Shown here: in pieces, positions 9,532 to 17,080 of the stretch
Position numbering within the stretch: position 1 is the first letter of the stretch
Layout of the letters: every line of letters begins with the position of its first letter
IMG/VR virus record: IMGVR_UViG_3300020411_000570
Span: 1 to 24,413 of that record
Strand: one strand, 5' to 3'
Origin: a virus
Lineage: Duplodnaviria; Caudoviricetes
DNA length: 24,413 nt
Made by a program: the position numbers and the translations under genes
The notes under the pieces: model-generated
The model's input: only the letters and a program-made list of their open reading frames with translations
Databases searched by the model: none
What the model was told of the DNA's origin: nothing

Positions 9532-9750
9532 ATGAAAACCTTTTTAGAATTAAGAGAATTAACTGGTAGAAAGCCGGAAGGTAAAGTTGTTTTTGATAAG
9601 AAAATTCAGCGCATACCAGTTAAGATACATAAAGAGCGTACTGGTTTTGTAGCGTACGTAGATGGCGATAGACTCGACGTTTACCGTTCTCAAAGAGAAG
9701 CTGAGAAAGCGGCGACAGAAGTCATAAAGCAATACAAAGGAATGAGATAA
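9532..9750 (+). CDS. Small basic head-module protein, probable internal/core protein
   Basis: Has its own late promoter and SD. The N-terminus MKTFLELRE resembles the T4 capsid-targeting sequence. It occupies the gp68 position. Confidence 0.6.
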   Translation: MKTFLELRELTGRKPEGKVVFDKKIQRIPVKIHKERTGFVAYVDGDRLDVYRSQREAEKAATEVIKQYKGMR

Positions 9751-9995
9751 TGGAAATTAGACCTTTAGCAGCCAAAGTAACCGCAAACGGAAGTGGAAAT
9801 AAAACTACCGTTGGTAATGCTCAAACTGTTTATGTCTGTTCAACTGCTGCAGACTTAATAACAAATATAACTACAGGTGCTACTATGCAAGTACCAGCGA
9901 ACTTTGCTTTCGTATTACAAAAAGAAAAATTCGAAGAAGTACACGCTGGTTCAACTAACACGCATTTTACTAAGATAGCATATCCAAGAGGATAG
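9750..9995 (+). CDS. Hypothetical virion-associated protein
   Basis: TAATG stop/start coupling to the upstream ORF. Thr/Ala/Gly-rich, beta-strand-like; lies between core genes and gp21. Confidence 0.6.
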   Translation: MEIRPLAAKVTANGSGNKTTVGNAQTVYVCSTAADLITNITTGATMQVPANFAFVLQKEKFEEVHAGSTNTHFTKIAYPRG

Positions 9996-9996
9996 A

Positions 9997-10656
9997 ATGA
10001 AGTTAATATCAGAATATACCGAAAATAAATTAGACTTTTTAATCGAAAAAGACGAAAAGTCTGGAAAGAAAAAGTACGCTATCCAAGGTATATTTGCACA
10101 AGCAGAAAAAAAGAATCGAAACGGTCGAATATATCCAAAAGTTATTTTGGAAAAAGCTTTGTCAAAATACAACGTAGATCAAGTATCAAAAGGCAGAGCA
10201 GTCGGTGAGTTAAACCACCCTGAAGGACCGACCGTTAATTTAGATAGAGTTTCCCACAAGATCGACAAGCTAGAATTTGATGGCAACGATGTTGTGGGTA
10301 AGGCATCGATATTGGAAACTCCAATGGGACAAGTCGTAAAAGGCTTACTCGATGGTGGTGTCACATTCGGTGTATCGACTCGTGGTATGGGAAGTTTGAA
10401 GAACAATGGTAACGCAATGATCGTAAATGACGATTATATTCTTAACGCGGTAGATATCGTGCAAGATCCATCCGCTCCTAGCGCTTTTGTCAATGGGATA
10501 ATGGAAGGAGTTGAGTGGGTTTGGAATAACGGAATCATTGAGGCTCGAACAGTTGAAAGAATGGAGACTGAAATTAAAAAAGCTCCTCGCGCTGACCTTT
10601 ACGAAGTACAGACACGTGAGTTTAAGAATTTCCTCTCAATGTTAAAATCAAAATAA
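9997..10656 (+). CDS. gp21: Prohead protease gp21
   Basis: MKLISE, IQGIFAQAEKKNRNGRIYP, GELNHP, GVSTRGMGSL (catalytic Ser) and DIVQDPSAPSAFV. Confidence 0.96.
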   Translation: MKLISEYTENKLDFLIEKDEKSGKKKYAIQGIFAQAEKKNRNGRIYPKVILEKALSKYNVDQVSKGRAVGELNHPEGPTVNLDRVSHKIDKLEFDGNDVVGKASILETPMGQVVKGLLDGGVTFGVSTRGMGSLKNNGNAMIVNDDYILNAVDIVQDPSAPSAFVNGIMEGVEWVWNNGIIEARTVERMETEIKKAPRADLYEVQTREFKNFLSMLKSK

Positions 10657-10666
10657 GGAGTCAAAA

Positions 10667-11758
10667 ATGACTGATAAAGAAAATATCGAAGATCAGGACG
10701 TGGAACTCCAAGAGACTGATGAGGAAATCTCTGAAATGAAACACGATCCTAAGAATGCTGAAGCTCAGTCAATCGCTTCTGTAGACAAAGCTGCTGATGC
10801 AGGCACTTCTAGTGCACCGCTTCCCGGGTCTAACAGCCCAGGCGCTACTGCTAAGTCTAACAATAAGAAAGATCCAATGCCTAAGTTAACTAAGGCAGGA
10901 ATGATTAACGCAATGTTTAACAAGATGAAAAAATCTAACAAAGGTAGTCTTGAAAGTTATTACAACAGCGTTATGAAGGATCACGTCGAGAATGAAGAAG
11001 ATGCAATCGTTGAAGATACACCTTCAATTGATTACAAAGCCGATTTCAAAGACGATCTTAAAGCTCTTGTCGCTGAAGAAGCTACATTGTCTGATGAGTT
11101 CAAGCAGAAAGCAGAAATTATCTTTGAAGCTGCAATTCAATCAAAATTAACTGATGAGATTGACAGATTAGAAGAGAAATATAACGAAGAGCTTGAAGCT
11201 GAGATTCAAAGTACAAAGTCTGATCTCGTAGAGAAAGTGGACAATTACCTAAACTACGTAGTTGAAAACTGGATGGAAGAGAATAAACTAGCTATCCAAA
11301 ATGGCTTAAGAACTGAGATTGCAGAAGACTTTATGAACAAGTTAAAAGACTTGTTTACAGAGTCCTACATCGAAGTGCCAGAAGGAAAAGTCGACATGGT
11401 CGAAGAATTAGCTGATCAAGTTGAAGATCTTGAGGCAAAACTCAATGAGACAACTGAGCAGGCTATCGAGCAAGCAGTCGAGCTAGAAGATCTTAAAAAA
11501 GATGCTATCATTAGAGAGCACTCTAAAGATTTAGCAGACACTCAAGTTGAAAAGCTTAAATCACTGGTCAGTGACGTAGATTTCGAAGACGAAGAGACTT
11601 TTATTAAGAAAGTTTCTACAGTCAAAGAGTCATACTTCACTAAAAATACAACCGCTAATTCCGGAGAAGTAATCGCCGAAGACGAAGATGCACCAACAGT
11701 TCAAGCTGAAGGTTCTATGGCTTCATACTTATCCGCAATTAAGAAAACCACTAAATAG
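10667..11758 (+). CDS. gp22: Prohead core scaffold gp22
   Basis: LSDEFKQKAEIIFEAA, VDNYLNYVVENWMEEN..A..GLRTEIAEDF and KESYF; acidic coiled coil. Confidence 0.93.
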   Translation: MTDKENIEDQDVELQETDEEISEMKHDPKNAEAQSIASVDKAADAGTSSAPLPGSNSPGATAKSNNKKDPMPKLTKAGMINAMFNKMKKSNKGSLESYYNSVMKDHVENEEDAIVEDTPSIDYKADFKDDLKALVAEEATLSDEFKQKAEIIFEAAIQSKLTDEIDRLEEKYNEELEAEIQSTKSDLVEKVDNYLNYVVENWMEENKLAIQNGLRTEIAEDFMNKLKDLFTESYIEVPEGKVDMVEELADQVEDLEAKLNETTEQAIEQAVELEDLKKDAIIREHSKDLADTQVEKLKSLVSDVDFEDEETFIKKVSTVKESYFTKNTTANSGEVIAEDEDAPTVQAEGSMASYLSAIKKTTK

Positions 11759-11769
11759 GGAGTCCCATA

Positions 11770-13155
11770 ATGGTACCGAATACTCAATCTTATGATAAGT
11801 TGATTGAAAAGTGGGCTCCAGTACTTAATGAAGAAAGTGCTGGTAAGATCACTGACAATCATAAGAAAGCTGTAACAGCTGCAGTATTAGAAAACCAAGA
11901 GATCGCGCTTAAAGAAGAAGGCATGATCCAAGAGGCAACTAATACTACTACAACTAATACAGCCGCTACTAACTGGAACCCTGTATTGATTGCACTTGTA
12001 AGACGTGCTATGCCAAACTTAATGGCATACGACATCTGCGGTGTGCAGCCAATGTCAGGTCCAACTGGCTTAATCTTCGCGATGAAGTCAAGATATTTTA
12101 ACGCTAAGCATAAAGCTGGTCTAGGTGCAAGTGCTACAGGCACAAGCGCTCCAGAAGCTATGTTCGACGAAGTTGAGCAGTACTCTGGTGACTCAGGAGC
12201 TTCAGGTGGCGTAGCCGCAAACGCTGCAACTGGTCCATCAGGACTTAAAGGTATTGCAGACGGAGACGGTGACTCAACTATCGATGATAGTAGAGGCGAT
12301 CCAATTGCTGGTGTTGATAACCTAACAACTGCAGAAGCTGAAGGACTTGGAGCATCAGGTAACCAAGGTTTCGCAGAAATGGGTTTCACCATCGAAAAAG
12401 CTACTGTGACTGCAAAGTCTAGAGCGCTAAAGGCAGAATATACTTTAGAATTAGCTCAAGATCTTAAAGCAATTCACGGTCTTGATGCTGAGACAGAGTT
12501 AGCTAACATCTTATCAACAGAGATATTAGCTGAAATCAATAGAGAAGTCGTAAGAACAATCAACGGTCAAGCAAAGACTGGTTGTTTACAAGCAAACACC
12601 GCCATTAACGGTATCTTCAACGTTCAGACAGATGCAGATGGCAGATGGTCAGTTGAGAAGTTCAAAGGATTAATTCTTCAGATCGAAAGAGAAGCTAATG
12701 TAATTGCTAAAGAGACACGTAGAGGTAAAGGTAACTTTATGATCTGCTCATCAGACGTAGCATCTGCATTAAACGCAGCAGGTATGTTAGACTATACACC
12801 TGCATTAGCAGCTAACTTACAGGTCGACGACACAGGTAATACTTTCGCTGGCGTACTTAACGGCAGAATGAGAGTATACATTGATCCGTATGCAACTTCA
12901 GACTATGTCAACGTAGGATATAAGGGTACTAACCCATATGACGCTGGCGTATTCTACTGTCCATATGTACCACTAACTATGGTCAGAGCTGTTGGGGAAG
13001 ACACTTTCCAGCCAAAAATCGGTTTCAAAACTAGATATGGAATGCAAGTCAACCCATTCGTCACTGCACAGCCAAGAGACGATATCCACAGCACTACTAA
13101 GAAAAATAACCAGTACTACAGAATATTCAGAGTAGATAATATTCTAGGTGCTTAA
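11770..13155 (+). CDS. gp23: Major capsid protein gp23
   Basis: KWAPVL, LVRRAMPNLMAYDICGVQPMSGPTGLIFAM, SRALKAEYTLELAQDLKAIHGLDAE, FYCPYVPL and FQPKIGFKTRYG. Confidence 0.98.
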   Translation: MVPNTQSYDKLIEKWAPVLNEESAGKITDNHKKAVTAAVLENQEIALKEEGMIQEATNTTTTNTAATNWNPVLIALVRRAMPNLMAYDICGVQPMSGPTGLIFAMKSRYFNAKHKAGLGASATGTSAPEAMFDEVEQYSGDSGASGGVAANAATGPSGLKGIADGDGDSTIDDSRGDPIAGVDNLTTAEAEGLGASGNQGFAEMGFTIEKATVTAKSRALKAEYTLELAQDLKAIHGLDAETELANILSTEILAEINREVVRTINGQAKTGCLQANTAINGIFNVQTDADGRWSVEKFKGLILQIEREANVIAKETRRGKGNFMICSSDVASALNAAGMLDYTPALAANLQVDDTGNTFAGVLNGRMRVYIDPYATSDYVNVGYKGTNPYDAGVFYCPYVPLTMVRAVGEDTFQPKIGFKTRYGMQVNPFVTAQPRDDIHSTTKKNNQYYRIFRVDNILGA

Positions 13156-13173
13156 GTCTTAGTACTTAATATT

Positions 13174-13202
13174 AAAAGGGGAGCGCAAGCTCCTCTTTTT
13201 TT
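13174..13202 (+). terminator. Rho-independent terminator after gp23
   Basis: AAAA-GGGGAGC-GCAA(GNRA loop)-GCTCCTC-TTTTTTT. Confidence 0.9.
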
Positions 13203-13203
13203 G

Positions 13204-13211
13204 TATAAATA
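13204..13211 (+). promoter_or_regulatory. T4-type late promoter
   Basis: Exact TATAAATA right after the terminator U-tract and 5 nt before the ATG at 13217. Confidence 0.85.
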
Positions 13212-13216
13212 ACATT

Positions 13217-13354
13217 ATGGAAGAATTTTTACTAACTGTAATCACAATTGGATGCTTCATAGCTTCAGGCATGTCGTTTGGTTTATTATTTAAACCACTT
13301 AAGGGAAGTTGTGGTGGAATAAACTGTAGGTGTAAGAATGGCACTGACGACTAA
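13217..13354 (+). CDS. 45-aa membrane protein, NqrM/DUF539-like (not in ORF track)
   Basis: Translates to MEEFLLTVITIGCFIASGMSFGLLFKPLKGSCGGINCRCKNGTDD*: one hydrophobic helix followed by GM..G...K..KGSCGG and CxC. It fills the gap between the late promoter and gp3 and overlaps the gp3 start by 17 nt. Confidence 0.72.
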   Translation: MEEFLLTVITIGCFIASGMSFGLLFKPLKGSCGGINCRCKNGTDD

Positions 13355-13910
13355 TTTTAACTATCTACAACCGACTGGTTTTAAGTTAGTTATAGATAGA
13401 ACTAATTATCCAAATCTAGAATTTTTTGTACAAGATTTTACGCACGCTGGCGTGATAATGAACGCTGCAGATCTTAGCTATAAGAAGATAGCTTCAATAC
13501 CATTTATTGGCGATAAGTTAACTTATAACGAAATGCTAGCCAATATTATATTAGATGAAGACATGAAATCTTATAGAGAAATGCACACGTGGATGCGAAG
13601 AATACTAGATCAAGATAATATTACAGCTTTAGATAGATTTCAAAATCGTACACAAAGGCCTCCAGCTCAGTCAGATATAACCCTATCGATTTTAAATAGC
13701 GCTAATAATGCTATAGTAAGAATAGTTTATAGAGATTGCATACCTGTAGCTTTAACTGATGTTCAGTTTCAGTCAACTGCAGGCGGAGAATCTTTTATTA
13801 CGTTTGGAGCGTCTTTTAGATTTACGTATTTTGATATACTAAATAAGAACGCGACAACAGGTGCATTTGCAGATTCAGACTCATTTAACGTTGCTGGCTC
13901 TGTAGGTTAA
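13338..13910 (+). CDS. gp3: Tail completion / tube terminator gp3-like protein
   Basis: NYLQPTGFKLVI, GDKLTY..L....ILDEDMKSY.E.HTW, SDITLSILNS and F..SFRFTYF; this is the usual position after gp23 in marine T4-like phages. Confidence 0.82.
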   Translation: MALTTNFNYLQPTGFKLVIDRTNYPNLEFFVQDFTHAGVIMNAADLSYKKIASIPFIGDKLTYNEMLANIILDEDMKSYREMHTWMRRILDQDNITALDRFQNRTQRPPAQSDITLSILNSANNAIVRIVYRDCIPVALTDVQFQSTAGGESFITFGASFRFTYFDILNKNATTGAFADSDSFNVAGSVG

Positions 13911-13933
13911 TATATAATATTATTGAGGACATT

Positions 13934-14380
13934 ATGATTGATTTGAAAAAAGTCCACGAGATGTGGCAACACGACAGTAACATAGATAATAACCAATTAG
14001 ACGAAACTTCTCGTCAAACTCCAAAACTACATTCTAAATATTTACAACTTTGGTCAACTGCAAAATTAGAACTAAGAAGAACCGAGTTTGAACAAAAGAA
14101 ACTATTAAAAGAAAAATGGTTATACTACAACGGCAAAATGGATCAAGAAACTTTAAATCAAAAAGGCTGGAATCCAGATCCTTTTGACGGATTAAAAGTG
14201 TTGAAAGGCGAGATGGATTATTATTATGACAGCGATCCAGAAATACAAAAATCAGAAGAGAAAATACAATATTGGAAAACAGTAATAGAAACATTAACAG
14301 AGATAATAGATAATTTAAAATGGCGACATCAAACTATATCGAACATAATCAGATGGAAACAATTCGAGTCAGGAAATTAA
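13934..14380 (+). CDS. uvsY: Recombination mediator UvsY
   Basis: W..DS.ID, PKLHSKYL, KWLYYNGK, PF...VLK and I..II.WKQF.SG; lies directly upstream of uvsW. Confidence 0.9.
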   Translation: MIDLKKVHEMWQHDSNIDNNQLDETSRQTPKLHSKYLQLWSTAKLELRRTEFEQKKLLKEKWLYYNGKMDQETLNQKGWNPDPFDGLKVLKGEMDYYYDSDPEIQKSEEKIQYWKTVIETLTEIIDNLKWRHQTISNIIRWKQFESGN

Positions 14381-15834
14381 ATCACGCGATACTAAAAGTA
14401 TATTGCGATAGAAGCATAGGCGCAGAACTTAGAGAATTTTTTTCGTTTTATGTCCCTGGCTATAAATTTATGCCGGCGTATAGAAATAGAATATGGGACG
14501 GCAAGATAAGACTTTTTAATCAGACAACAGGCGAAATATCTAGTGGATTGTTTCCGCAAATAATATCTTTTGCAGAAAGTCGAGAGTACAAAATAGATAT
14601 CGAAGATTCTGAGTACGGTAGTCCTAATGAAGGTAACCAAATAAACGTAGATTTTATGATGAAGTTCGTAGAAGCTTTAAAGTTACCTTTCAAAATAAGA
14701 GATTATCAGTTTGACGCTGTTTGTACTGGAATACAGAGAAAAAATGCAATATTACTTTCGCCAACTGGTTCTGGTAAATCTTTAATAATATACGTAATGA
14801 TGAGATGGCTTTTATCCGCACTAGATAAATCAAGAAAAGATATATTGATAGTAGTTCCAACAACTTCTTTAGTTGAACAAATGTATAACGATTTTAAATC
14901 TTATGGATATGACGTTGACAAACACTGCCACAGAATATATTCAGGTAAAGATAAGAATACGTTTAAGAGAGTCATAATAAGTACTTGGCAATCAATATAT
15001 AAATTTCCAAAAGAATGGTTTGAAAGATTTGGAACAGTGTTTGGTGACGAGTGCCACGGTTTTAAATCAAAATCATTAACAACTATAATGAATAAGTGCA
15101 CAGAAGCTGAATACAGATTTGGTACAACTGGAACATTAGATGGCGCGTTAACTCATGAACTCGTACTTCAAGGATTGTTTGGTAAAATATATCGTGTTAC
15201 TAGTACGAGAGCTTTACAAGATAACGATACACTCGCTAAACTGTCGATACGCAGAATTATATTAGAACACGATGAGAAAACTAGAAAAGAATTTGGAAAG
15301 CAGAAATATCAAGATGAAATTAAACACATTGTTGAACATAAAAAGAGAAATAGTTTTATAACTAACTTATCTTTAGACTTAAAAGGAAATACGTTAATAT
15401 TATACAATTATGTAGAAAAACATGGTAAACCTATATATGACTTAATTAAAGATAAGGTAAGTGAAAGCCGCAAGATTTTTTTCGTGTCAGGAAATACTCC
15501 AGCTACTGACAGAGAAGCCATAAGAGCTATAGTAGAAAAACAGAAAGATTCTATTACAGTCGCCTCGCTTGGTACATTTAGTACTGGTATAAATATTAGG
15601 AACCTTCACAATATAGTATTTGCTTCTCCTTCTAAGTCGCAGATACGAGTTTTACAAAGTATTGGTAGAGGTTTAAGAAAAACTGATGATGGCAAAGATA
15701 CTACGTTATACGATATTATAGACGACATAAGTTGGAAGTCTAGAAAAAATTATGGAATACTACACGCTGATGAAAGACTTAGAATTTATGGAAGAGAAAA
15801 ATTTAATCATAAGACGTATAGAGTAAAAATATGA
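14353..15834 (+). CDS. uvsW: SF2 DNA helicase UvsW (start at 14353 preferred; 14320 possible)
   Basis: FSFYVPGYKFMPAYRNRIWDGKIRLF, RDYQ, SPTGSGKS, GDECH, GTTGT, FSTGINIRNLH and QSIGRGLR. Confidence 0.95.
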   Translation: METIRVRKLNHAILKVYCDRSIGAELREFFSFYVPGYKFMPAYRNRIWDGKIRLFNQTTGEISSGLFPQIISFAESREYKIDIEDSEYGSPNEGNQINVDFMMKFVEALKLPFKIRDYQFDAVCTGIQRKNAILLSPTGSGKSLIIYVMMRWLLSALDKSRKDILIVVPTTSLVEQMYNDFKSYGYDVDKHCHRIYSGKDKNTFKRVIISTWQSIYKFPKEWFERFGTVFGDECHGFKSKSLTTIMNKCTEAEYRFGTTGTLDGALTHELVLQGLFGKIYRVTSTRALQDNDTLAKLSIRRIILEHDEKTRKEFGKQKYQDEIKHIVEHKKRNSFITNLSLDLKGNTLILYNYVEKHGKPIYDLIKDKVSESRKIFFVSGNTPATDREAIRAIVEKQKDSITVASLGTFSTGINIRNLHNIVFASPSKSQIRVLQSIGRGLRKTDDGKDTTLYDIIDDISWKSRKNYGILHADERLRIYGREKFNHKTYRVKI

Positions 15835-16343
15835 GTAATCTTAACATAAAACATTTTAAACTTACAAATAACGACGAGATAGTATGTGAAGTGCTCGATT
15901 GGAATACTGGAGACGATATTGCAGATGTTGTAGTTTGTAAAGCACTTAAAGTAATATCAGTAGAAGATTATATGAGAGGCATTAAATTCTTTTGCTTTAG
16001 GCCGTGGCTAAGTTTACAAGACGATCCGTCTTCTCTACAAACAATTAACTCATCTCATATAGTAGTATCAAGTAATCCAACGCCAGATATTTTAAAACAT
16101 TATAGAGCTTGCCTCAGAGCGATAACACACGAGCTTAAAAATCGCGGTAAGACGAAAAATAGATCGACTTATGCGAATATTGATGAAGTTAATCAAGCGA
16201 TCAGAGATATGACCGACGAAGAAATGGACTCATTTTTAGAAGAAAAGTATGGAATGATGCCCGAAGAACCGCCGGTAAATGATTCAGATCGCGGTAGTAA
16301 TATTATAAAATTTAAACCTAGAGGAAATAAGACTTATCATTAA
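15831..16343 (+). CDS. Conserved hypothetical protein (small beta-barrel-like N-terminus, acidic tail)
   Basis: ATGA overlap with the uvsW stop. The KLTNNDEIVCEV...F.PW pattern is typical of the ORF between uvsW and gp55 in T4-like phages. Confidence 0.7.
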   Translation: MSNLNIKHFKLTNNDEIVCEVLDWNTGDDIADVVVCKALKVISVEDYMRGIKFFCFRPWLSLQDDPSSLQTINSSHIVVSSNPTPDILKHYRACLRAITHELKNRGKTKNRSTYANIDEVNQAIRDMTDEEMDSFLEEKYGMMPEEPPVNDSDRGSNIIKFKPRGNKTYH

Positions 16344-16376
16344 TGGTATATTCCTTCCCTCCCCATATACTCTTTT

Positions 16377-16406
16377 ATTATAAACCATTTTTTTGAGTTT
16401 GTAAAC
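16377..16406 (-). promoter_or_regulatory. Leftward sigma70/T4-early-type promoter
   Basis: The minus strand reads GTTTACA (16406-16400), 17 nt, TATAAT (16382-16377). Confidence 0.65.
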
Positions 16407-16439
16407 GTTTTTTTTCAACTCTTAGTTGTGAAAAAATGT

Positions 16440-16469
16440 GTTTACTTTTATGAAAAATTGTTGTATAAT
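16440..16469 (+). promoter_or_regulatory. Sigma70/T4-early-type promoter for gp55-47-46
   Basis: G-TTTACT (16441-16446), 17 nt, TATAAT (16464-16469). Nearly identical to the gp45 promoter. Confidence 0.8.
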
Positions 16470-16489
16470 ATACTATGAAAGGTGGTAAA

Positions 16490-17080
16490 ATGGCCCGTAA
16501 AAAAAGTATTCATTATGTGAATAACAGTGATTTTTCTACTGCAGTAGTTACGTACGTAGAGAAAGTCGAAGAAGCTAAGAAAAACGAAGCGACTGTACCT
16601 AAAGTACCAGATTACATAGCAACTTGTTTCTTAAGAATAGCTGAAGGTCTATCGCATAAAGCTAACTTTATAAGGTATACGTATCGCGAAGAGATGGTTA
16701 TGGATGCAGTTGAAAACTGTTTAAAAGCTATCAGCAATTATAACTTAGAAGCTGCTACTAGAACTGGTAAACCAAACGCATTCGCTTACTTTACACAAAT
16801 AACTTGGTATGCTTTTCTACGTAGGATAACAAAAGAAAAGAAACAACAAGAAATTAAATTAAAATATCTTACAAAAGCTGGCATTGAAAACTTCGTTGAT
16901 AATGATCTAGAAGGTGGTGGAGTCGGTGAACAAGTATCAACGCACTTTGTAGATACCTTAAGAGACAGAATAGAAAGAGTTAGAACTACTGATAAAGAAG
17001 TAAAAGAGTTTGTTAAGATAGAAAAGAAAAAAAGAAGAAGTAAAACAGCTGATTCAGACCTAAGTGAGTTTATGCAATGA
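16490..17080 (+). CDS. gp55: Late-transcription sigma factor gp55 (start 16490 has SD AAGGTGG; 16475 is an alternative)
   Basis: HYVNNSDF, YIATCFLRIAEGLSHKANFIRYTYREEMVMDAVENCL and NAFAYFTQITWYAFLRRI.KEKKQ. Confidence 0.95.
   Translation: MARKKSIHYVNNSDFSTAVVTYVEKVEEAKKNEATVPKVPDYIATCFLRIAEGLSHKANFIRYTYREEMVMDAVENCLKAISNYNLEAATRTGKPNAFAYFTQITWYAFLRRITKEKKQQEIKLKYLTKAGIENFVDNDLEGGGVGEQVSTHFVDTLRDRIERVRTTDKEVKEFVKIEKKKRRSKTADSDLSEFMQ

Noticed and set aside
5110-12392. Long minus-strand ORFs (5110-5631, 6532-6957, 11859-12392) and the other short antisense ORFs
   Set aside because: They lie opposite highly conserved structural genes. This is expected from codon bias, and they show no motifs or RBS.
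13156-13337. Absence of gp24 vertex gene after gp23
   Set aside because: This is normal for marine T4-like phages and not novel.
13159-13344. 61-aa minus-strand ORF in the ORF track
   Set aside because: It is the shadow of the + strand NqrM-like ORF. It runs through the gp23 terminator and has no promoter or SD, while the + strand ORF has a late promoter and a recognisable motif.
15588-15595. TATAAATA inside uvsW
   Set aside because: It is explained by the conserved helicase motif STGINI. Function as a promoter for the next ORF cannot be supported from sequence.
16284-16340. 18-codon minus-strand ORF (MISLISSRFKFYNITTAI) after the leftward promoter
   Set aside because: It is very short, has a long SD-ATG spacing and lies wholly antisense to a real gene. 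The transcript is more plausibly non-coding.
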